DNA from: Haliotis cracherodii
Lineage: Eukaryota
NCBI RefSeq assembly: GCF_022045235.1
Contig: NW_027266308.1
Coordinates: 57,536,001-57,600,000, forward strand
Reading direction: 5' to 3'
Length of the DNA: 64,000 nt
The notes under the pieces: model-generated
The model's input: the letters and a program-made list of their open reading frames with translations, nothing else
The model's database searches: none
What the model was told of the DNA's origin: nothing
Position numbers and translations under genes: made by a program
Part shown: positions 40,001 to 49,395 of the stretch, in pieces
Position numbering within the stretch: position 1 is the first letter of the stretch
How the letters are laid out: each line of letters begins with the position of its first letter

Positions 40001-43000
40001 CGCATATTATTCGCGTCTTCGTGTATCTACGTTATCACAAGGCTCTGTCAGCTTTAGATTCAAATCCTTTTTCAAGATTGCTATTTACACACAATTCGAG
40101 TTTGAAGATTAAATCCCTTTTTTTCTTGTAACTCTCCTATCATCCCATAGTAAATCTTTCCTCGATTACCCCACAGTGGCGCAGCGCCACCTGCCGGCCC
40201 TGACCTGCTCCGCCAATGTATGTATTGTCTACGCCCACAGGTAACCTACACTGCTGAAATATCAGGAGATCAAAACATGACTGGGATTCCCAAGGAGTGA
40301 TCTATCTGTCTAAGTTCAATATCAGTAACCTTATCTGATGTATTGCCAATATACTTTTCCGAATAGGCTGAAAACACAACCCTTTGTGTAAATAGAGCTT
40401 TGAGAGTATTACGGGATAAAAGTGAAGTGTTGTTATCAAGAACTGAGGATATATTTTTCCTACTGTTGTATTAACAAATCCCTGATAAATTGTTATCTTT
40501 ATATTGTCAGGGTGGCATTAAGATTATTGCACAGTTATACCCCATGAGATTGTTGTTGTTAAACCACGGACATATCGAGAACCCGTTGGAATTCCGGAGG
40601 AAAATAAGTCCCCATTTTCAAGGCTTGTCATAAAAGCTGACTAAAGAGAATTTGATGGTTAGGTTCGGTGACCTTACTTGTCATTGCTTTGTTTGTTTGT
40701 TTGTTTGTTTGTTGTTCAACGCCGCACTCAGTAATTTTACAGCTATATGACGGCGGTCTGTGAAATAATCGAGTCTGGACCAGACAATCCAGTGATTGAC
40801 ATCATGAGCATCGATCCACGCAATTGGGATCGATGACATGTATCAACCAAGTCAGCGAGCCTGACCACCCGATCCCGTTTGTCGCCTTTTACGACAAGCA
40901 TAGTCACCTTTTACGGCAAGCATGGCTTGCTGAAGACCTATTCTACCCCGGAATCTTCACGGGTCTACTTGTCATTGCAGCGATCGTTGCTCATGATGTC
41001 CCGGGCGGCTTAAACAACATTCCCACATTCACATTAGGAGATCAACATCTTATTTTTATATACACAAAAAGGAAGAGTACACACAAAGTGTCCCATCATT
41101 ACGTAGCCTCAATCTTAAAAGTAATTCCACATAGTGCTCGTTATTTTTGTTATAATATTCTGCTTGTATTAATTGATCTGTCGTCCAAGGAAAGTCATGA
41201 GTCACCACTTTTCGTAAGAAAAAGATATACATACATACTGATGGAGTGAGTCAGTGAGTGAATATGGTTTTACGCCGCTTTTAGCAATCAGAAATGGGCT
41301 TCACACATTGTACCCATGTCGGGAATCGAACCCGGATCTTCGGCGTGACGAGCGACCGCTTTAACCACTAGGCTACCCGACCGCCCCTATACTGATGGAA
41401 AGAAATAAGGGAACACTTAGTTTTAGACACCGTTAAATGATGTGACATCATGGGTTCCACGCCTTGGAAACAATGCACACAAACACATCTCAACATTTGA
41501 TTCTGACATGTGTTTAATTTGTATGCGCGCTATTTCAAAGTAATGAAAGAGAAGCTAATTTTCTAATATTTTTTATTGTTCCCTTATTCGTTTCCATCAA
41601 TAAATGAAGAAAAGAAGGACAGAAAGGTGTTCATGATTACTTTCTTTATGGGATCAATGTAAACGTTTCAACATGACTGTGTGTATCTTGCAGTGCATGG
41701 TGTTGCGAGCAGCTCTTGGCGACTTCGAAGCTGCCCAGATCTATGGCTCACTACAAGGTGGCTCATCGTCCAGCTCACAGGTCAGCAAGAAACAGTTCTT
41801 CCTCCCGGACATACGGGCATTTGCTCTCGTTGCCTTGGAGATAATTGGATACGTGTGCAAAAAGAGAGAGGATGAAAAACAGCCATTCAGAAAAACCCGA
41901 AGTGAGATTGTGATAAGCTCCCAGAAAAGTGGCAATCCAAAATCCCGTGAATCTGTACAAGACCTGGCACATAAATCCCGTAGTTTAGACGAACGAGCTA
42001 TTCTAGGAGAAACTGGATTAAATAATATTCCTCCATTTGGTTCTCTAGTAAATGTGAAAGAAGTTGATCCACACCCCAACGTTCCGGAGGAACAAGATGC
42101 ATGGGCACAACCTGTGACGTCTGTAAGGATTACAGGTAAACGTAGTGATGCGGGACAGTCTGAGCATGATCACTTTAGTCGACATGCTACTGATGATGGA
42201 CGCTGGCAGAAGGGGAGTGTTCCTTATAACTCCCCTAAAGGACATGCCCAGGATACACCCACGCCAGTGTTCAGGGCGGAACCTCCACTATATGAACATG
42301 ATTATGAGGAGATAGAAGAAATCACGGAACAAATCCAAAGAGATCAAATTGTCATTCAGCAAATCCGTTACCCACGAAAAGATGACAATAGGTCAGATGA
42401 AAGGTCCTGGCGAGATTATCCGAGCGGTGCGCATTATTCGGTACCTGCAGATGTAAGTAATCCTCGTTTCATTGACCAGACTCAGAAACCTAATTTACCC
42501 AATAGGAACGCAGTAGGAGGAGGAGGCGTGTTTTTCAGGTCAGACCCGCTCCGGTACTCAGCCTCCTCTGTCAGTACCTTGGAGGACATCGAGGAGGACC
42601 TCCCGGAGGTGACTGGGGGAGGCGAACATGTTGCTGCCACCTTGAAGGATCTATGGCTCAAAAAGGAGGCAGATAAGAAGGAACGGTTACTGACATCCTA
42701 CAATGAGAGAATGAAAAAGGAGTTGAAAGATGTGTTTTCCAGGAGGAACAGAAAGAGGAAAGACCAGGGCGTGTCCAGAGAGACAGTGCAGGAAATCTCG
42801 CGACCTTTGTCAGCACGGAGTTACCACGACAATGGCACAACTGTTGTTGTTCCATTCAGTGGAGGTGAAAAGGAGACACATTTTGGTGATAGTAGACAGA
42901 AAAGACCACAAACTGCTCGACCCGCTCAACGGCAGATGTCTGAAGGATCGGGTAAGCCTGTGCCTCGGCGTCCTGCACCTCCACCACCACCACGGCCTGT

Positions 43001-45692
43001 GACAGCAGCAGCCACGACTCGTCCTCAAACACCAAGTCACGGAATAAAGAAAGCACAGGCTAGAACAAAACTTAAAAAAGTATTGGGGCAGAAGCAAAGT
43101 TCTGTTTTAACCAATGCCAACTTAAACAATACTCGGGGTCAGGGTGCATCCATTGTTGAAATGAAGTACGCATCAGTGAAAAAGATTCCCCAAATAAAAG
43201 ACTCCTTCAAAGGTTCTGAGGCTGATATGGATTGTGAACGCCTGCCACCTCCGCGTCCACAAACTGTTCATCCCAAACCTCCTAAAGTTGGGCATTTTTC
43301 CAGTTTCAGCAGCAATGATAGTCTAGGCAGCAGTTTCTATAAGCACTCTCCCAGGAAGGCAGACGTGTCCCTTACCAGCGGAGAGCTCACGTCCTTGTCC
43401 TCTCAGGCAGATACAACTCTACCTGAGCACGATGTGGAGGACGTCATTGAACTTCCTCCAACGTACGAGACTAAAGGTGCACAAAAGGGGGGAAAGATTA
43501 TTGATAGTGGCTTTGATAGTGCATCTATTGCAAGCGAGAATTCTTGCGATGTTTCCATGGTTGACGAAAGGTCCTGTTCCTGTCCATCTGGAAGCTACAC
43601 GACTGATACGTGTAGCTGCCAGTGTTCCATCACACCAACATCAGGCATGCATACCAAACCACTGTATGACAGACGGACATCATGGAGTAAAACCGATTCG
43701 TTTTCATCCTATGACTCTACAGACCTGGATCAAAAGCTTGAGAGACTCCGTAATGGAGATGTGCGTCCTTCAAAGGATGTGATTGGTCCAGATGAACAGT
43801 ACCCTATGATGGCTGCTGCAGCCAAGTCTAAGACTGCTCATCCAACACAGTGCAGTCCACACCAAAATAAGAAACATCTTGGTAAAGTTGTGACCAAGAC
43901 CCAGCGCACGAGGAGACATGATTTCGGATCGGCGAGCAAACGCTACAAGGAACTCCGAAAGAAGGGCATTCCTCTGAGAGTGTCTGTTGTATCCAGTGCA
44001 TCGTCCCAGGATGTGTCTGATGCCACAGATTGGGACTCATACATGGAATCTACAGCTGAGGTCATTGAAGAGGAGGACGACAGTGTTATTGATGATAATG
44101 ATGATGCAATTTTCAATGCTCTTGACTCGCAAGGGGTCTTTGAACCCTCAGACACTGATTCCTCCATGGGTGTGAGACCTCTGCACCACACGAGGCCCGT
44201 GGCAGTGGTACATGGAACCAAAAGACCTCGCGATACAGACAATAGAACCAATGCAATGATCCTAGAAGATATTATCCGTGAACTACCTGATGAAATAACT
44301 GGGGCATCTTCAATGGATGATGAAACACAGTCTTTCCTGCATCACTCTGAACCTAAAGCTGAATTCAAAGATGAGGAGGAGATTGTGGACATGGCTATAG
44401 AGATTCCGTATAAGCCATCGTCAGTCGTGGATGCGGAGTTAGTTATTGACAGACTGTTCACAAAGAGGAATACGCTGAAACACAAGGGAAGCCTTCAGGA
44501 TGTGATGGACCCTATTCTAGGGTTTGATGAAAATCTTATCAGAGAGTTAGCCAGCCCCACGTCTTCCTCTGGTAGGCAGACGGACCTCCCTGTACAGATG
44601 TTGAAGGGAGTGACTAAGACCCATGTGCAGGCGTGTAAGGAACTGTCCAGTAAGGTTCCATTGGTGCCCTTCTCGGAATTGTTTCCTGCTACTAATGGTC
44701 AGTTCAGGGTACTCAGGTCAAGACTAGAGCAGGTGGGAAACTTTGGAACAATTGGGAAGCAGGTGAGTCCACTCTACATGCCTCAAACATGGCTTATCAC
44801 ATACTGACAACACCTTTCAAGTAAAATACAGTTACAACTTTCATGTAAAGTTATTCTAATTCCACAGTCCCTTTGGTAGATATAGGGAGATCTGCACTGG
44901 AGGCCGTACTCAGCAACATTCCAGCTATATGACGGCGGTCTGTAAATAATCGAGTCTGGACCAGACAATCCAGTGATTGATATTATGAGCATCGATCCAC
45001 GCATTTGGGATACGATGGCATGCATCAACCAAGTGAACGATCCCGTTAGTCACCTCATACGACAAGCACAGTCGCCTTTTACGGCAAGCATGGGTTATGG
45101 AGCGCAGATAGTCCTGATATACATAAGACGCATTTTTCTGGTTGTAGTTTTGATGTTGGTATCCATGCCCCTACGTGCACGTTGCGCTCTACATCCCTGG
45201 TGAGCCTTAAGGGGTAGCCTAGTGGTTAACGTTTTCACTCGTCACGCCGGAGGTCCGGGTTCGCTTCCCCCATTTACTCTCTGACTATTTAATTTCGAAA
45301 TATGTCTTCTTTTTTAACTGGTTATGTATCAGAAATATGTTTGTTGGTTTTCAGGTGTATATTAATGAGTGAGTGAGTATGGTTTTATGCCGCTTTTAGC
45401 AATATTCTAGCAATATCATGGCGGGGGACACCACAAGTGGGCTTCACACATTGTGTCCATGTCGGGAATCGATCCCGGGTCTTCGGCTTGACGAGCGAAC
45501 GCTTTAACCACTAGGCTATCCGACCGCCCTCGGGTGTATATTAAGCATTATCCTTACAATACATGTTTTACATGTAACGATCTGTTTCAGCTGTTGGACT
45601 GTGTCCAGCTGTGTTGGGTGAGTGACAGTCCGCCCTCGGCGTCCGAGCTGGTCAGTAGACTACTGGACACAGTCACGGAGACTGAACTCTGA
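30307..45692 (+). CDS. Spliced gene for a 7TM receptor-like/pseudokinase fusion protein, 1518 aa: join(30307..31007,32109..32358,32718..32959,35696..35888,41694..44762,45591..45692)
   Basis: Six exons with GT..AG boundaries and matching phases (2,0,2,0,0). Total 4557 nt = 1518 codons + TGA. Exons 1-2 give seven hydrophobic helices; exons 2/3-6 give kinase subdomains in the correct order. Confidence 0.85.
31740..32020 (+). mobile_element. L2/CR1-group LINE 3' fragment in intron 1
   Basis: PSYLIDL..SFSYSAQRLWNVLPQDIR..SLQAFKSKFKT is a typical L2/CR1 ORF2 C-terminus. Confidence 0.7.
32109..32358 (+). CDS. Exon 2 of the 7TM-pseudokinase gene (TM6, TM7, CC motif, linker)
   Basis: Acceptor ctacctccaag|G completes an Arg codon; encodes FLLLEQLVWMVVLFMTTVIIY and WIAVVALSVSTFFHAVLSNIVTILWSTLCC; donor GAG|GTAGGT. 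Confidence 0.85.
32718..32959 (+). CDS. Exon 3 of the 7TM-pseudokinase gene (kinase N-lobe)
   Basis: Acceptor ccacccag|GCC; GLLKVY (VAIK-type Lys, 32787), KAWAQEIVIL (alphaC Glu, 32826), SLLQCLW (HxNIL-equivalent); donor AG|GTAAAC. Confidence 0.82.
33471..33659 (+). mobile_element. 5'-truncated family B copy
   Basis: Matches the 3' two-thirds of B. Other partial or old copies at ~24825-25050, 44900-45096, 48806-49040 and 57605-57790. Confidence 0.75.
34600..35075. repeat. Degenerate ~23-bp minisatellite in intron 3
   Basis: ACAATCATTCCTTTGACTGCTA(TG) repeats. Confidence 0.8.
35696..35888 (+). CDS. Exon 4 of the 7TM-pseudokinase gene (hinge, alphaE, degenerate catalytic loop)
   Basis: Acceptor ctctgtag|A; LICFEFTNSGTLDDFL and DIAEGLSCLHKHNILHHKLTSASVFL match kinase subdomains V-VIb; donor CAG|GTGTGT. 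Confidence 0.88.
36378..36545 (-). mobile_element. SINE family A
   Basis: Reverse copy; TSD AATAATCTGA at 36370 and 36550. Confidence 0.85.
37654..37900 (+). mobile_element. SINE family C
   Basis: Matches the 39222 copy. Further copies at 2647-2899 (-), 3193-3366 (+), 14655-14889 (+) and 36130-36250 (partial). Confidence 0.8.
38090..38620 (-). mobile_element. Decayed LINE 3' fragment
   Basis: DELHYLFKC..YPNIIK resembles the same CCHC tail; AT-rich and degenerate; limits approximate. Confidence 0.55.
38738..38993 (+). mobile_element. SINE-like family B
   Basis: GACCCTTGAAGATCCGGGGTAGAATAGG...GCGGCGTTAAACAAC followed by (AATC)n. Confidence 0.85.
39222..39519 (+). mobile_element. SINE family C (tRNA-Leu-like head with a long A-B box spacer)
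   Basis: TSD CTAAGACCACA at 39211 and 39520; (CACT)n tail. Confidence 0.85.
40182..40198 (-). promoter_or_regulatory. Candidate CTCF site in intron 4
   Basis: Reverse strand reads GCCGGCAGGTGGCGCTG, one mismatch from the CCASYAGRKGGCRC core. Confidence 0.3.
40688..40965 (-). mobile_element. SINE-like family B inserted in an older B relic
   Basis: 13-bp TSD TACTTGTCATTGC at 40675 and 40966. Confidence 0.88.
41246..41387 (-). mobile_element. SINE family A (internal deletion)
   Basis: TSD ATACTGATGGA at 41235 and 41389. Confidence 0.85.
41694..44762 (+). CDS. Exon 5 (3069 bp) of the 7TM-pseudokinase gene: DFE, alphaF, then a ~930-aa low-complexity insert
   Basis: Acceptor atcttgcag|TGC; RAALGDFEAA (subdomain VII) and PDIRAFALVALEII (subdomain IX); 1023 stop-free codons; donor CAG|GTGAGT. 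Confidence 0.88.
45366..45529 (-). mobile_element. SINE family A
   Basis: TSD GGTGTATATTAA at 45354 and 45533. Confidence 0.85.
45591..45692 (+). CDS. Terminal exon 6 of the 7TM-pseudokinase gene (subdomain XI and ETEL tail)
   Basis: Acceptor ctgtttcag|CTG in phase 0; reads LLDCVQLCWVSDSPPSASELVSRLLDTVTETEL*, matching the kinase CW..P..RPS motif. This frame is not in the ORF track. Confidence 0.82.
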   Translation: MLDCVQLCWVSDSPPSASELVSRLLDTVTETEL

Positions 45693-46058
45693 ACTAACAC
45701 GATGTCTTAGGCACCTGAGCTCAGCCCGCTTCTACAAGACCATCTTAGCGCCAGTACTGCCGAAAGTTGATGTCAAATATGGCTTACGACCGTCTTGGTG
45801 CCAACACCTCTGTGCGGAACGGGTCCCTCGGTCCGGTTCCACAAAGCGATCTAAGTTGATCGTAACTCCCATACTTTAACGAAGGATTACGATCATCTTA
45901 GCGCTAACATGGCTTTGTGGAACGGGTCCCTGGTCAGCAGATTACAGGACAGCGAGACGGAGACTCTGAATCTCACACCGCAACAGTTCCCGTCATTATT
46001 ACAAATGTGATCATGTCGACTGTATATATATCATGGTGGTTCATTCAAAGATGTACAT

Positions 46059-46322
46059 AAACATGTATTGTGATTACAACATATGCTGTGCATGTATTTG
46101 TATTCAGAGGTAATGTTTGACTCTGGGTCGCCTAGCCTTGGACCAAAACATGTATTGTGATTACAACATATGCTGTGCATGTATTTGTAATAAGAGGTTA
46201 TGTTTGACTCTGTGTCGCCTAGCTTTGGACCAAAACATGTATTGTGATTACAGCATATGCTGTGCATGTATTTGTAATAAGAGGTTATGTTTGACTCTGT
46301 GTCGCCTAGCCTTGGACCAAAA
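46059..46322. repeat. 87-bp tandem repeat, three copies
   Basis: Units start at 46060, 46147 and 46234. Confidence 0.9.
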
Positions 46323-48468
46323 CCACTATAAGTATTATGTTCAAAACACCATTTAATGGTTGCAGGATGAAGTCTTTGATGTGAAGTTTGACGTTGGTGT
46401 AACTAGAATGCGTGATACATCACAGTTTGAGAGCTGATTACCCTAGTGTGACAGATCCTTACTTACAATACCAAGTAGTTGTTAGATGAATGACTGTTCT
46501 CCACTTTTCATATATTCATGAAAAGTTTCACCAAACTGTGGATTTATATACCTCGTCATATTCATTTCACATTTTTTATTAAGGCGCCCTGAAACTAAAT
46601 ATAGACAAATCGCAATTCTCTTTTGTGGCAAAACGATTCTAAACTTTAGTCTTTGCGGGTAAGATCGCATAGCATCATTGAAGTGTCCCTTACAAATTAA
46701 ACCCTTGTGAGTTTACAAATTAGCTGTTATATGGAGTTGAAACCAATAGAACCTGCCAATACGTGGATGGCCTACGACTGATCAAATTAGGTCCAAAGTT
46801 TATATTTTGTACTTGTGGCTGTAACTTGTGTCTAAACTTTACTAGCAAAGCCTCTACAGGAGATGCAATGATAGGCACATACATAGCATGACTGTCTTGA
46901 ATTTGTTTTTAGATACATAACATTCTTCCTCCAGAAAGATGAATGAGCACTATGACACTGATGTACTGATAGACATCCCCTTCAACACAGTAGCGCGTGC
47001 GTGCGTGGCTGCGTATACTAGTCCGGACTTATGCCGGTTTCATAGTGCTACTCACACGAATACCCCTCCCAGACACAGTATACTAGACTCCGAGCCGACC
47101 AATCCTTGTAATGCCTAGCGCCAGGCACGGTAACAACGTGTACCATCTTTAAACGTGTTTTCGTATGACGCTGCCAGAGGATCGAACCTCCGACCTGTGT
47201 ATCATATTGTTTCCATCGTATTTTTGAAATTGAAACTGTGTCCATGATGGTGCTGCTTGTATGTCTGTAACTTGTACCCTGAACCCAGAGAGGAACTGAA
47301 CCCCGGTCTTCAGCCAGAGGGGCCAACGCTTTAGCCACGAAGCTACCCGACCCCATTCATGTACTGAAAAGTGCAGAATCGGTTTTCAAGAGATATGCGC
47401 CACTTCCACCATATAACCTTTATGGGCATTGTGTTGGTTATGATTGACTTGACGTTTGTAGTACAAATAATGATATATGTATCTTAAAACTAAACACATA
47501 CAAAGCTTTAGGAGTTTCTATGGGATAATACATTTTGTCTGCATTTAAAGTTCAAACCACCGATTATGTTTTGCGCATCCATTACTCTCAACGTTTTTAC
47601 TATATTCACATTGTATGTATAATCACAATATGCAGTTGTATCTTTTTAGCAGCCTAAGAAATTCAGGTCTTTTAGGACTAGCACTAGTCCTCTCTGGACT
47701 AGCGGAAACTTATTTTCTCTAGTCCTCAGAATGTGTAGCTCGTGCTGCTTGAACCAGACAAAAATGTTTAATATGTTTACATTTTCTGTCACTTGTATTC
47801 AGTTTATTGCAAACTTGAAGCATTGAGAACTGGTTCAGAATTGTAGTCCTAGTTTATGAGGACCACCATCACTGGATTTTTACTTGTCCTCAACACAATT
47901 TAGTTGTCTTAGGCTAGCGGACTAGCTGGAATTTCGAATGCTGCATGGATTATTTTGTTATATACTTTCTGTACCGTCCAGATCTACCCTGTGGTATTAT
48001 TGTTAGATATGTGATTTTATACACATCTACGTACTTTATTTATGTATATACCCCTTATTAAAATAGCTATACATTCATTGGCCATTAATGTTTCAATAGT
48101 CTCAGGACAATCTTCCAGGACCAAGCGGGTTGACCCCTGCATCCATACAACCTGTACCATAGAAAATCTTGTCTGTCAATCTAAGTGATATCAGTCACAA
48201 CTGAAATAGGAAGAAGTAAAATCTCAATAGGAATGGCCATATGGGGTTACCTATTTAAGCATGTACAGCACCTTGGCTTAAAGACCGGGTGAATAAACAT
48301 AGACTCATGGAGTGTTGTGACTTTGCGGTTCTTCCTCAGCAGTTAAAAGGTATAAGGAATGGATGAGTTGGATTTAACTCCACATCCAGTAGTATTTCAT
48401 TTATATTTGTCTGCTTAATGTGGGAGGAAAGCCAAAAGAGATGCAGGTCCTGGAAACCCACAACCATG

Positions 48469-48736
48469 TTGTTGTTGGTGGTTTGTTGTTTAACGCCGCA
48501 CTCAGCAATATTCCAGCTGTATGACGGCAGTCTGTAAAGTATCTATCTGGACCAGACAATCCAGTGACTGACAACATGAGCATCGATCCACACAATTGGG
48601 ATCAATCACATGCATCAACCAAGTCAGCGAGCCTGACCACCCAATCCCATTAGTCGCCTCTTACGACAAGCATAGTCGCCTTTTACGGCTAGCATGGGTT
48701 GCTGAAGACCTGTTCTACCCCGAATCTTCAGGGGCC
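48469..48736 (-). mobile_element. SINE-like family B inserted in an old family C copy
   Basis: TSD CCCACAACCATG at 48457 and 48737. Confidence 0.85.
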
Positions 48737-49140
48737 CCCACAACCATGACCCACTTAGTAACCAAGGCTAATCTGGGATAAAAACCTTGATAAATGTTCC
48801 TTGCAGTTGTGTGTTTGTGGTTGAAATCCACACTGTCACACTATTCAAGCTATATGACAGCAGCCTGTAAAGTATCAAGCCTGGATAACACAAACCAGTG
48901 ATTGACATTATGAGCAGCGTCCAAAATCATCAGGATATCATGAAGAGCCATCAACCAAGTTGACATACCGACCTGTCCAATGTGTTCACTTCTAATGACA
49001 ACCAATGAAGTAGGCAGGACCTGACCTGGGTTCCCACAGGTTTGTTATATTGAACATCAACAAATGAATTACAGTGAAAACTTGTTCCTTCAAAATTCAT
49101 TAACATGCATAAAACAAACAAAATAACAAATGAGTCATGA

Positions 49141-49395
49141 TTTGTTTGTTTGTTTGTTTGTTTGTTGTTTAATACCGCACTCAGCAATATTCCAGCTATA
49201 TGACGGCTGTCTGTAAATAATCCAGTCTGGACCATACAATCCAGTGATTGACATCATGAGCATCTATTCACGTAATTGTGATACGATGACATGCATCACC
49301 CAATCCAGCAAGCCTGACCACCCGATCCCGTTAGTCGCCTCTTACGACAAGCATGGGTTCCTGAAGACATATTCTACGCCGGACCTTCACAGGTC
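49141..49395 (-). mobile_element. SINE-like family B, single-hairpin variant
   Basis: TSD AAATGAGTYATGA at 49128 and 49396. Confidence 0.85.

Noticed and set aside
40824-41249. Recurring short ORFs such as CINQVSEPDHPIP and ITGLSGPDSIIYRPPSYSWNIAE
   Set aside because: Chance translations of SINE family B.
41902-44597. The insert as an unrecognised intron (GAA|GTGAGA ... CCCTGTACAG|)
   Set aside because: These sites are out of phase (1 versus 0), and 900 stop-free codons argue for coding function.
41673-44807. Stand-alone 1044-aa intronless gene
   Set aside because: It starts mid-kinase. A good acceptor at 41693 and donor at 44763 link it in phase to the flanking exons.
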